Assembly: GCA_963764725.1 (NCBI GenBank) | Contig: CAVXTM010000016.1 | Span: 320,001 to 384,000 of the forward strand | DNA: 64,000 bases | Source of the DNA: an uncultured Gammaproteobacteria bacterium | Lineage (GTDB): Bacteria; Pseudomonadota; Gammaproteobacteria; JACCXJ01 | Reading direction: 5' to 3' | In this document: positions 19,640 to 29,409 of the stretch, piece after piece | Layout: the number at the start of each line of letters is the position of its first letter | Numbering within the stretch: position 1 is the first letter of the stretch | Notes under the pieces: model-generated | What the model was told of the DNA's origin: nothing | Database searches by the model: none | What the model saw: only the letters and a program-made list of their open reading frames with translations | Made by a program: the position numbers and the translations under genes

Positions 19640-22287
19640 GCTTTAACGGGACTCGGTTTCTCAGGGTCAAGGCCGTATTTCCGCAGGGCCTCGATGACGA
19701 TGCTATGCGGCACGCCGCCTTCATCGGCCAGTGCGCTCAGCGCCGCGACGGTGATGTAGTAACGGCTCACCTCGAAAAACTCCCGCAGCTTGGCGCGGGT
19801 ATCGCTCCGGCCGTAACCGTCAGTGCCGAGCACGACGTACCGCCGAGGCACGAAGCAGCGGATCTGGTCGGCGTAGGCTTTCATGTAGTCGCTCGCGGCG
19901 ATCACCGGACCGGATCGTTCCTTCAGGCAGGCGCTGACATAGCTCACCTTGGGCGTGGCCTGCGGATGGTGTCGATTCCAGCGCTCGCACTCGAGCCCCT
20001 CGCGCCGCAACTCGGTAAAGCTGGTCACACTCCACACATCGGAGCCGATATTGAAATCCTGTTCGAGCAGCCGGGCGGCGGCGAGGACTTCATGGAGGAT
20101 GGCGCCCGAGCCCAGGAGTTGGACCTTGCCCTCAGTGCCGGCATCCTTAAACCGGTACATGCCGCGCAGCACGCCTTCCTCACTGCCCTCGGGTTTCCCG
20201 GGGTGAGCATAGTTCTCGTTGGTCACAGTGAGGTAGTAGAAGATGTCTTCCTGCAACTCAACCATGCGCCGCAACCCTTCTTGCACGATGAGTGCAATCT
20301 CGAACGCGAAGGTCGGATCGTAGCCGATGCAGCTTGGGAGACTGGCCGCGAGCAGATGGCTATGTCCATCCTGGTGCTGAAGGCCTTCCCCGGCCAAGGT
20401 GGTGCGTCCTGAAGTCCCGCCGATGAGAAACCCACGCGCGCGGCTATCGCCCGCGGCCCACAATAGATCACCGATGCGTTGAAACCCGAACATGGAGTAA
20501 AAGATAAAGAAGGGAACCATCTGCACGCCGTGGTTGCTGTATGAGGTCCCCGCGGCGATCCAAGACGAGATCGATCCCGCCTCGGTGATACCTTCTTCGA
20601 GGATTTGCCCGCCGCGGTCTTCACGGTAATACAGCAATTGACCGTAGTCCACGGGTTCGTAGAGCTGGCCCACGGAGGAGTAAATACCGAACTGCCGGAA
20701 CATGCCTTCCATGCCGAAGGTGCGCGCTTCATCGGCCACGATGGGAACGACGTGCCGGCCAATGGCTGGATCTTTGATCAAACCGGTCAACAGGCGCACG
20801 AAGGCCATGGTCGTGGAGATCTCTCGTCCCTCGGTCCCCTTGAGCAGAGGCTCGAAGGTACGCGCTTCCGGAAACTGAAGTGGCGGGGCCGCGCGCCGGC
20901 GCTGGGGGAGATCCCCGCCGAGGGCCTGGCGGCGCTCGGCGAGATAGCGCCGCTCGGGGCTGTCTTCGGGTGGTCGATAGAAGGGCGCCGCGGCTATGGC
21001 TTCATCCGAAATTGGGATATTGAAGCGGTCCCGGAAGCCTTTGAGCGCCTCCTCGCCCATCTTCTTCTGCTGGTGGGTGAAATTCTGTCCCTCGCCCGAC
21101 TCGCCCATGCCGTAGCCCTTGATCGTCTTGGCGAGGATCACGGTCGGCTGGCCGCTGTGCTTAACCGCCTGCGCATAAGCGGCGTAGACCTTATGGGGAT
21201 CGTGACCGCCGCGGTTGAGGCGCCACAGATCCGCATCGCTCATATTCGCGACCAGGGCCTTGAGCTCCGGATACTTGCCGAAGAAATGCGCGCGCACATA
21301 ATCGCCGCCCTTGGCGGCGTAGGCCTGGTAGTCGCCGTCCACGCACTCCTCCATCCGCTTGAGCAGAAGACCGCCGGTGTCGCGCGCGATGAGCGGATCC
21401 CAGTAAGAGCCCCAGATCACCTTGATGACGTTCCAACCGGCCCCGCGAAAAACCGCTTCGAGCTCTTGAATGATCTTGCCGTTTCCGCGCACCGGACCGT
21501 CGAGCCGCTGTAGATTACAGTTGATGACGAAGATGAGATTGTCGAGCCGTTCGCGCGCGCCGAGGCTGATCGCGCCCAAGGATTCCGGCTCATCCATCTC
21601 GCCGTCGCCGATGAAAGCCCAGACTCTACGATCGCTTCCGTCAACCAGCCCGCGATCGTGAAGGTAGCGCATGAAGCGGGCTTGATAGATGGCCATGATG
21701 GGCGTGAGCCCCATGGAGACGGTCGGGAATTGCCAGAAGTCCGGCATCAGCCGCGGGTGAGGATAAGATGAGAGCCCCTTCCCGGCGATCTCGCGGCGGA
21801 AGTAGCGCAATTGCTCCTCATTGAGCCTTCCTTCGACGAAGGCGCGCGCATAGAGGCCGGGCGCCGAATGACCCTGAAAATAAACCAGATCTCCGCCGTG
21901 GTGGGGGCTCGGCGCGCGAAAAAAATGGTTGAACCCCACATCATACAGCGTGGCGCAGGAGGCAAAGCTTGCGATGTGGCCGCCAATCCCTGGGTTGTCC
22001 CGGTTCGCTTGCACCACCATCGCCATAGCGTTCCAGCGGATGATGGATCGGATCCGCCATTCGATCGCCGCATCCCCCGGCGAGCGTTCCTCCTTCGAGG
22101 GTGGGATGGTGTTTAGATAGGCGGTGTTGGCCGAATAGGGTAGATAGGCTCCGGAGCGGCGCGCTTTCTCGACCAGCTTCTCCAGCAGAAAGTGGGCCCG
22201 CCCGGCGCCCCCGCGCTCGATGACAGCCTCGATCGATTCGATCCACTCTTGGGTCTCTTGGGGGTCCGGGTCGGGGTGATTTTCCAT
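19636..22287 (-). CDS. aceE: Pyruvate dehydrogenase E1 (homodimeric type)
   Basis: DPDPQETQEW start, GDGEMDEPES TPP motif, NLQRLDGPVRGNG, GEGLQHQDG. Confidence 0.97.
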   Translation of the reverse strand: MENHPDPDPQETQEWIESIEAVIERGGAGRAHFLLEKLVEKARRSGAYLPYSANTAYLNTIPPSKEERSPGDAAIEWRIRSIIRWNAMAMVVQANRDNPGIGGHIASFASCATLYDVGFNHFFRAPSPHHGGDLVYFQGHSAPGLYARAFVEGRLNEEQLRYFRREIAGKGLSSYPHPRLMPDFWQFPTVSMGLTPIMAIYQARFMRYLHDRGLVDGSDRRVWAFIGDGEMDEPESLGAISLGARERLDNLIFVINCNLQRLDGPVRGNGKIIQELEAVFRGAGWNVIKVIWGSYWDPLIARDTGGLLLKRMEECVDGDYQAYAAKGGDYVRAHFFGKYPELKALVANMSDADLWRLNRGGHDPHKVYAAYAQAVKHSGQPTVILAKTIKGYGMGESGEGQNFTHQQKKMGEEALKGFRDRFNIPISDEAIAAAPFYRPPEDSPERRYLAERRQALGGDLPQRRRAAPPLQFPEARTFEPLLKGTEGREISTTMAFVRLLTGLIKDPAIGRHVVPIVADEARTFGMEGMFRQFGIYSSVGQLYEPVDYGQLLYYREDRGGQILEEGITEAGSISSWIAAGTSYSNHGVQMVPFFIFYSMFGFQRIGDLLWAAGDSRARGFLIGGTSGRTTLAGEGLQHQDGHSHLLAASLPSCIGYDPTFAFEIALIVQEGLRRMVELQEDIFYYLTVTNENYAHPGKPEGSEEGVLRGMYRFKDAGTEGKVQLLGSGAILHEVLAAARLLEQDFNIGSDVWSVTSFTELRREGLECERWNRHHPQATPKVSYVSACLKERSGPVIAASDYMKAYADQIRCFVPRRYVVLGTDGYGRSDTRAKLREFFEVSRYYITVAALSALADEGGVPHSIVIEALRKYGLDPEKPSPVKA

Positions 22288-22378
22288 ATGATTCTCTCGG
22301 CTTCAACGTGATCTTAGTTCACCGGTCGGCGGTGTTACCAGGCGCACACCGGGATCCGCTTCAAGTATACTTAGGGCT

Positions 22379-23869
22379 ATGCCGTTCCCGCTTAAGCTCC
22401 AACAACATAAGACACTTCCCGGTAAAACGGCCCTCGATGCGCTAGAGCACTGGATCGCGTTGCTTCCGGCCGCGGAATTCGAGCAAACCTGCAAGACGCT
22501 GCCGTACGGTGATTTTATCCTGCGTGTATGCCGCCGAACCGAAAAGCCACAGCGGGATCGCGTGCCCGTGGTCTTGAATCTACCGAACGGTATCGCATCT
22601 CAACTATGTATCGCGGCCGCCGGGAATACGATGGCCGCTTTCGATCTACTGACGCTCGCACGCCGGTTGGTGGCGGACCCGCTACGCGGCGGGCCGTCCG
22701 AGATCGGTATCGTCATCGCGGGATTTCATGGCGCAGAGGCCACACGCATGGCCGAGGCGCTGCTGGCGGCCGTGCTGGCGGCGATCGCGGAGATGCCTCG
22801 CTACAAGCGTTCGCGGCAGGAGCGGCAGGCGCTCAAACTCGTACGCTTGTACGGTGCCGAGCCAAACGATGGGTATGAGCGGACCTTCGCGGAGGCTGAA
22901 GGTAATAATCTTGCCCGCTACCTCACCGGTCTGCCGCCTAATGCGTTGACGCCGCGCCTCTATCGCAAACGGGTAGCGGTGCTCGCCAAGGAAAACGGCT
23001 GGAGGATGGAATTCCTGGACAGTCGAGCGCTCATGAAAAAAAAAGCCGGTGCCTTCTTGGCCGTGGCCCAAGGAAGTCCCGAACCGGACGCGGGCATCAT
23101 CCACCTTCAATATCACCCAGCCCGCAAGCGCGAACGGGGCAGTGTCACGCTGGTCGGGAAAGGGATCTGTTTTGACACCGGGGGTGTGAATCTCAAACCC
23201 GCGAGCTTCATGCTCGGCATGCACAAGGATATGCAAGGCAGCGCGGTGGCGCTCGGGACCTTGCTTGCCTTGACGCGCTTGCAGGTCCCCTTTCCGGTGC
23301 ACTGTTGGATGGCGTTGGCGACCAACCACATCGGATCGCGCGCGTATAAACCCAATGATGTGGTGACGGCCTCGGACGGGACCACCATCGAGATCATCAA
23401 CACGGACGCCGAGGGACGCATGGTATTGGCGGATACGCTCGCGCTCGCCTCGGGCGAAAAGCCGGCCTTGGTAATTGATTTTGCGACTTTGACCGGAGCA
23501 TGCAAGCGCGCGCTCGGCAATGCGTACAGCGGCGTGTTTACCAATCGGCCCGCGTATCTGCCGGCCTTAATCGCGGCCGGAAGCGACAGCGGCGAGCGCG
23601 TATGGCCGTTTCCGGTTGATAAAGATTATGACGAATTCCTAGAAAGCACCGTGGCGGACACCAAGCAATGCCACGAAGAAGGCGTCGCCGATCACATCGT
23701 CGCGGCGCGCTTTCTACAGCGCTTCGTCAAGCGCGATATCCCCTGGATACACGTGGATCTCTCCAGCGGAACGCACAAGGGCGGCCTGGCGCATGTCCCG
23801 AGTGATATCACCGGCTTCGGCGTGAGGTTCGCGCTTAACCTCCTATTGGACAAAAAGCTGATCGGCTAG
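22379..23869 (+). CDS. M17 leucyl aminopeptidase family protein
   Basis: VGKGICFDTGG, KDMQGSA, NTDAEGR, DFATLTGA metal-binding motifs. Confidence 0.92.
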   Translation: MPFPLKLQQHKTLPGKTALDALEHWIALLPAAEFEQTCKTLPYGDFILRVCRRTEKPQRDRVPVVLNLPNGIASQLCIAAAGNTMAAFDLLTLARRLVADPLRGGPSEIGIVIAGFHGAEATRMAEALLAAVLAAIAEMPRYKRSRQERQALKLVRLYGAEPNDGYERTFAEAEGNNLARYLTGLPPNALTPRLYRKRVAVLAKENGWRMEFLDSRALMKKKAGAFLAVAQGSPEPDAGIIHLQYHPARKRERGSVTLVGKGICFDTGGVNLKPASFMLGMHKDMQGSAVALGTLLALTRLQVPFPVHCWMALATNHIGSRAYKPNDVVTASDGTTIEIINTDAEGRMVLADTLALASGEKPALVIDFATLTGACKRALGNAYSGVFTNRPAYLPALIAAGSDSGERVWPFPVDKDYDEFLESTVADTKQCHEEGVADHIVAARFLQRFVKRDIPWIHVDLSSGTHKGGLAHVPSDITGFGVRFALNLLLDKKLIG

Positions 23870-24048
23870 CCGTTTCTTATATATCAAGAGTTGATGTTAC
23901 TTACATGGGATCCGCCTCGGACCGGCCAGCAGCCGTTTGTCCCGCATGGAACCCCTGTTCGGAGACCCAGCGTTCGACCCAAAGCCTTTCGCAGCGCGGC
24001 TATCCGAACCGAGCTCCAGAGTTGGGTGTTTGAGCTTGCCGCATGTGT

Positions 24049-24261
24049 TCAATCCACGTGGTACTGGGAGAGCAAGTCTCTGCCCTTGCGTGTCAGGTAT
24101 CCATCCTCACTGATGTAGCCAAGATGGGTCGCCAGAGAATATACTTCTCTGGGCATGCCGGGGGGCAAATAGATAGTCCCGTCGCCGAACCGGTGACTGA
24201 GAAGTCGTGCAAGCTCAGCTGGAGTCGGTTCCACCTGCCGCCGAGCGGTTAACGCGTGCAT
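24049..24261 (-). CDS. Small hypothetical protein (70 aa)
   Basis: SD GGAGGTG 5 nt upstream of ATG; protein-like composition with GYISEDGYLTRKGR. Confidence 0.7.
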   Translation of the reverse strand: MHALTARRQVEPTPAELARLLSHRFGDGTIYLPPGMPREVYSLATHLGYISEDGYLTRKGRDLLSQYHVD

Positions 24262-24881
24262 GCGATCACCTCCGTTTCAATTTTCCCTCGTCACGGTCTG
24301 TGTACTGGATGATTGTCCCCAGCTACCCTCATATCCAAAAGGGGGTAACGGGGTCTCACGGGTTCCGAACAAACAATTCCGCGTTGAAGGTTTAAGCCGT
24401 CTTAACGTTGCATATGTGCGACAGAGTATATCAAGAATGTAGCTGAGACACAACAACCCGATTGTTGATGGGTCTCTCCACGTAGACCAAGGACGGCCGC
24501 AGTGCCAGCCGGCGGCGACGTGGATGCAGCGCTTTTAGTTGGTGTTTGTGAAACATGGGGTCTTCATCACGTTACATTTGTTCAACCGTCTAAGCCATAT
24601 AAAGCGTTGGTTTTGCGCTACTAAACAAACTCTTGCTTACAACATCGACATCCAAAAAACCCCACGAGTGTCCGCAAACCCGCGCCTTCCCGCAAAGAAA
24701 AAGGCCAACCGCGAGTGGATGGGTTGAAATGGTGGTGGGACGGCACCCGGCGTCCAACACCGCTCATAGTGCGGATGCGGCGTGGTGCTAGTCGGAGCGA
24801 ACTGCGTAGGAAGATAAGCGGGTTCCGCGTGGAAGGTGCAGGTCTCTGCGTGCGATAACCACTACACCTCGCCACCCTCGA

Positions 24882-24904
24882 TTCGATTCCCGTACGGGTA
24901 ACCA
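24882..24904 (+). other. Orphan tRNA 3'-end fragment (tRNA-Glu-like), possible att scar
   Basis: TTCGATTCCCGTACGGGTAACCA = T-loop, 3' acceptor strand and CCA; no 5' half upstream. Confidence 0.5.
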
Positions 24905-25103
24905 CATTAGACGGGCGCTGAACGACGACCTGCGGTTAGCTACGCTCCCCGATGCGCGCTGTCGCGGTTTGTGGTTCCAGGCTCTGTGAGCCCCGATTTC
25001 GCCGGCCCGCTTGGCCTGACAACCTACGGGTAGCGGTCGCGGTGCAATAGATAGCTCCGAACGCCGTCCCTAGGTCGGTATGCTACACTGGCTGTCGCAG
25101 CCC

Positions 25104-25186
25104 GCTTGACCACCGGCTCAAGCCGGGATCGCTCCTCGCTCTTGCGGGCGTTCGTGGTGCGCGCGGTTTGGCCGAAAGCCTTAGGC
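25104..25186 (+). repeat. Degenerate attC-like imperfect palindrome
   Basis: GCTTGAC-CAC-CGGCTCAAGCC ... GGTTTGGCCG-AAAGC-CTTAGGC: R''/L''/L'/R' layout with an extrahelical base, both R cores mutated. Confidence 0.4.
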
Positions 25187-25241
25187 ATAGGTTCGTTACT
25201 AAAAAGCTGTCGTAGGACTACATTTGAGTAGAGTCTTGCTC

Positions 25242-25781
25242 ATGAGCGTGACCAGCAGCAAGAACTTTGGGCCAATCCGTGATGATTACCTCTTTTTTGA
25301 AGAGCATGCCACGGAAGCCGCTGAGGATTTACGCGCCTGCATGCCCCACGTGCACGCCTTGGCGACGGAGAGTGGGCCAATTCGCGTGTTGGATTTCGGT
25401 TCTGGCTCGGGGCGATTCTCCTCCCAATTTCTCGCCCTGGCTAGATTTCCTCAGGAGCGATTGTGGCTCTCCCTGGTGGAACCGGAAGAGGCCCTGATTG
25501 GTAAACCTGTCCCTTTCCATACGGCCGAAGACCTTGAGGTTACCCTGGCCAAACAGCGAGAGGTTTACCGCAAACAGGATATACAGTACGAGCTGGTCTT
25601 TCCGGATTCGGAGGAGAATCGCTTGAAAATCCTGCGGTTCTTGTTGGGGAGCTATTTCGATGAAGTCCCGCGTCACGCCATGGTGGACCTCTTCAATCCT
25701 TATGCCCATGCCGACAGGATTGTAATACAGACTGCGCATGAGCAGTTTGTCATTCGGCACCAAGGAAAGAGGCCGGAATAA
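25242..25781 (+). pseudogene. Class I SAM-dependent methyltransferase with apparent internal in-frame deletion
   Basis: VLDFGSGSG motif I and LVEP strand then jumps to a C-terminal segment; central motifs are missing. Confidence 0.6.
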
Positions 25782-25813
25782 AGGGATATTTGTAAGTTAT
25801 TCTCATTGCGCCT

Positions 25814-25847
25814 GCTTCGCAGGGGTGCGTTACGCGCCCCGTGAAGC
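25814..25847. repeat. GC-rich REP-like hairpin
   Basis: GCTTCGCAGGGGTGCGT-T-ACGCGCCCCGTGAAGC imperfect inverted repeat between the two methyltransferase genes. Confidence 0.45.
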
Positions 25848-26008
25848 CGAGTAGGAGACGACGTAAATACAGCGCGTATCTGGATATTATGATGGCTTGC
25901 GCCGTACCATCGGGGCGCGCTCCTCGTGCTTTCGTGATCCGCCGAGATTGCAGCTTGAACAAAAACTCACGTATGCGTTTTTGGGAACCACACGCTACCA
26001 ATTCCATC

Positions 26009-26827
26009 ATGAGTTCGTACCAACAACCGCCGGCCAGCAAACAGTGGAACACCGCGCTCTACGATAGCAAAGCAAACTTCGTCTGGAAGTACGGACGCGG
26101 CGTTGTCGAGTTACTTGCCCCGCGGCCGGGAGAACGAATCCTTGACCTCGGCTGCGGGACTGGCCACCTGACGAACCTGATCGCTCAGGCGGGCGCTGAG
26201 GTCATCGGACTCGACAGATCGGAGTCGATGATCGCTCAGGCACGCTCGCTTTTCCCCCAGCTTCGCTTCGAACTCGGCGACGGCGCCGACTTTCATTTCG
26301 ACCAGTCGTTCGATGCCGTCTTCTCGAACGCGGCGATTCACTGGATGCTAGACCAAACTGCAGTTGCGCGCCGCATCTGGCAAGCGTTGAAGCCGGGCGG
26401 CCGTTTTGTCGCAGAATTCGGCGGTAAAGGAAACGTCGAGGCGATTCGCGCGGCCCTGCGCGAAGCTATTGAAGTGGCAGGCGAGCGCGTTGGGTTAGAA
26501 CCGTTCGCGCGCTACTATCCGAGCATCGCCGAGCATGCAGCGCTTCTTGAGGCGCAAGGCTTTCGCGTGACCTTCGCCTCGCACTTTGATCGGCCCACAC
26601 AACTCGACGACGGTGGGGCTGGACTTCGCAACTGGTTGTTCACCTTCGCGGATAATGTTGTTGAGTCGCTGCCCGCTAGCAAACGCGATCAGATCATCGC
26701 CGCAGTAGAAGACGGGCTGCGCTCGCGGTTGTTCAGGGACGGGAGTTGGTACGCCGACTACCGGCGGATCCGCATCGCGGCGACTAAATCAGAGGGTCGG
26801 GGGTTCGAGTCCCTCCGGGCGCCATAA
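26009..26827 (+). CDS. Class I SAM-dependent methyltransferase (Tam-like)
   Basis: ILDLGCGTG, FDAVFSNAAIHW, LKPGGRFVAEFGG, ADYRRIR; last codons run through a tRNA fragment. Confidence 0.88.
   Translation: MSSYQQPPASKQWNTALYDSKANFVWKYGRGVVELLAPRPGERILDLGCGTGHLTNLIAQAGAEVIGLDRSESMIAQARSLFPQLRFELGDGADFHFDQSFDAVFSNAAIHWMLDQTAVARRIWQALKPGGRFVAEFGGKGNVEAIRAALREAIEVAGERVGLEPFARYYPSIAEHAALLEAQGFRVTFASHFDRPTQLDDGGAGLRNWLFTFADNVVESLPASKRDQIIAAVEDGLRSRLFRDGSWYADYRRIRIAATKSEGRGFESLRAP
26787..26824 (+). other. Orphan tRNA 3'-half (tRNA-Arg-like), att-site scar
   Basis: AATCAGAGGGTCGGGGGTTCGAGTCCCTCCGGGCGCCA: 3' anticodon stem, T-arm, acceptor strand, CCA; no D-arm or 5' strand. Confidence 0.75.
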
Positions 26828-27075
26828 AATCCATTAGTTAGCGCGGTTTGATCAAAACAGCATTAATAGATTTCGTCCCGCAAGAAAATTCCTTCTGCAA
26901 GTCAATTACATTGGCCCAGTGACGTAGTTTCTTCTCACAAGACACGGAGAGCCGAAGGCGAAGCCCGCGATAGGCGCGGCAGTGTCGTCGTCCGAGAGAA
27001 CCCGGAGGATTCAGTTAGCCCGTCTAAGTTCCCTGTTGGATCTCAGGACACAACCTCGGTACGGAGGGCACAGCG

Positions 27076-27105
27076 ATGAGCATGCGACAGGTAGCACTCT
27101 ATGCA
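27076..27105 (+). mobile_element. Possible N-terminal stub of a serine recombinase
   Basis: GGAGGG SD then MSMRQVALYA, resembling the (V/A)A(L/I)YARVS start of resolvases; similarity is lost after 10 codons. Confidence 0.3.
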
Positions 27106-27214
27106 GCCTGCGACCGATTAAGAGACGCGGCACCCGCGAAGCCGAGTACCCCAGCGACATCCCGCAGTCATCCGTTTAGAAAAACGTCGGTTCGTTTGCC
27201 GGTGCACCGGTCGT

Positions 27215-27457
27215 TCAATTTACGGGGTGAGACCGAACCCAACGCACGATATCCTGCGCGCCCATCGCCCCCGGTTGCCGCGCGATCTCGCGTCCGCCTT
27301 TGAACAGCCCGAGCGTCGGGATACTGCGGATGTTATAGCGGATAGCGAGTGCTGGTTCGGCATCGGAATTTACTTTGGCCAAACGATAGTGCGGTTCGAG
27401 CAGTGCGGCCGCCCGCTCGTAAGCCGGCGCCATTGCCTGGCACGGACCGCACCACGG
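27215..27457 (-). pseudogene. Thioredoxin C-terminal fragment (TrxC-like)
   Basis: PWCGPCQAMAP...AKVN...IRSIPTL..FKGGRE read in frame upstream of the tracked ATG; N-terminus missing. Confidence 0.78.
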
Positions 27458-27893
27458 GGGAACGCTTTCGGAGATCGCTGCACAAGGCCGTAGGTCAGGG
27501 CCACCAGGCCGAAGAGTATAAAGACCGTAGTGATCGGGTGCTCCGCAATCACTGAACGATTTCGCCGGATTACGCAGTCACTTAAACCCCCCGCACTGCA
27601 GCTGGTTTAGTGACTAAGATTCGAGCGACCATTACAACATTCAAACTTCAAGGATGCGTCTTGCTTTCATATTTCAGCAAACTTTAGGACAACACCGTTG
27701 TCAGAGCGGCTACAACAAGGATTCGGTGTTACTCTAATCCACTGAACCATGAAGGAATCGCTCTGTTTAGCAATCACGATCAACGATTGTCAAGCGAGGG
27801 ATGCATGCTGGGCAACCACTATGTACTCCGTCACAAGATCTGGACTCTCCACTGATCGGATCAAGGGGATTAACGACTGGTGATTTCTAAAAC

Positions 27894-29333
27894 ATGAAAT
27901 CCACGTGTCCGATTAAGGTGAGTGGGTGGGTTCACAAATTAGCTCTTGTCTTAATGTTGGCGACATTTTGTATATCAACAGCGAGGATCACGGAGGCTGT
28001 TGAAACTCTCAGGTCTATTAACGTTAGTGAATTCGGCGAAGTAACTTTTTTTGGCCCGCAGCAGGTTGTCCCACGAGGCTTTGCCTTTCTGTTTTCTGGC
28101 GAAGACGGTCTTAATGTACACGATCAGACGGCAATTGATCGGTTAATGGAGAACGGTGTTGTAGTCGCCGCTATCAATTCACGTATCGCGCTCAAAAAGA
28201 TGGAGTCGCTCGAGGCGGGACAAGGGTGTATAGATTTGGCCCGTTCCTTACAAAGAGTGAGCCAAGGTGCGCAAACCGATTGGAAGTTCGGCCAGTATCA
28301 TCCACCTGTTCTGTTAGGTCGCGGGATTGGAGGGGCGCTGGTTTACGTTGCTCTCGCTCAAGCGTGGCCCTATTTGTTTGCCGGTGGGATAAGCGTCGAT
28401 ATCACCCCGACTATCAAGCTTGATCCAACACTGTGCGGTTTGATGACCAGCGCCGTTAATGCCGGACAGGGGTTAACCCCTCCATCGCGGCCGTTGCAGA
28501 GCATGTGGCAGCTCGGTAGTACAGGGCTAATCTCCCCAGACGTATTAGCATTGGCACTTGCTGTTACACGTGCTAACGATGCCGGAAAGGTACAAGTCGT
28601 TGGACCAAAAACGTTAGCAGCGCTCTATTACAACGCGGTTGATTTTTTCCTCAAACAAGCCACACCTGAAACAGGTCGACCGAGTTCTCTCGTCTCATTG
28701 CCGATCGCCGAGATTTCCAATGATGCTGCGGAAAACACGCTTGTAATTGTCTATTCCAACGACGCGGGGTGGCAAGTCATAGAACGCGGGCTCGTGGATG
28801 TATTTAAGAATGAGGGCTATGCGGTGCTGGGGATCGACGGATCACGTTATTTCTGGTCGCAAAAAACTCCAGCGAGTTTGGCGCAGGACCTCGCTCACAT
28901 TATGGAATATTACCAGTACAAGTGGGGTGTTGACCGCGTCGTCCTTGTTGGTTATACGTCTGGGGCTACTGTTCTACCCTTTGCGTACAATCGTCTCGCT
29001 GCCAAGTTTCAGAATTCAGTTAGTCTTATGGCGCTCGTTTCGCCAAAACGAGCTGCGCAGTTCGTTGTAGCTAGGGGCGGCTGGCTCAGCGACAAACCGC
29101 GACCGGTACTCTGGCCGCTGGAACCGGAGATACGGGAGCTCGATCTAGATCGGGTCCAATGTATCTACGCACACATTGAAGCGAATGATAGCCTCTGCAC
29201 AACAACGGCGATGCGCAAAGTGGAACTTATCGAGGAGCTCCGAATAGACCCCCGCCTTCCGGAGACGGGTAGCGCTCTTGCAGAGTTCATCATTTCACGT
29301 ATTGAGCGGAGTAGGCAAGGAGATTCGCAATAG
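27894..29333 (+). CDS. AcvB/VirJ family protein with degenerate catalytic motifs
   Basis: Signal peptide, two-domain AcvB layout; SNDAGW, RYFWSQKTP, GYTSGA in place of SGDGGW and GYSFGA; lower GC than flanks. Confidence 0.75.
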   Translation: MKSTCPIKVSGWVHKLALVLMLATFCISTARITEAVETLRSINVSEFGEVTFFGPQQVVPRGFAFLFSGEDGLNVHDQTAIDRLMENGVVVAAINSRIALKKMESLEAGQGCIDLARSLQRVSQGAQTDWKFGQYHPPVLLGRGIGGALVYVALAQAWPYLFAGGISVDITPTIKLDPTLCGLMTSAVNAGQGLTPPSRPLQSMWQLGSTGLISPDVLALALAVTRANDAGKVQVVGPKTLAALYYNAVDFFLKQATPETGRPSSLVSLPIAEISNDAAENTLVIVYSNDAGWQVIERGLVDVFKNEGYAVLGIDGSRYFWSQKTPASLAQDLAHIMEYYQYKWGVDRVVLVGYTSGATVLPFAYNRLAAKFQNSVSLMALVSPKRAAQFVVARGGWLSDKPRPVLWPLEPEIRELDLDRVQCIYAHIEANDSLCTTTAMRKVELIEELRIDPRLPETGSALAEFIISRIERSRQGDSQ

Positions 29334-29409
29334 AGTTGTGCCCCAAATTCCTTTCTGCCAAGTTCGCTGCCGCATTCTTAAATACTGTTTTGGCTAGGGC
29401 TAGGGGGAA

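Noticed and set aside
24728-24760. TGGTGGTGGGACGG as a minus-strand tRNA/tmRNA 3' end
   Set aside because: It ends in CCACCA but has no TTCRA T-loop at the expected distance, so the match is too weak
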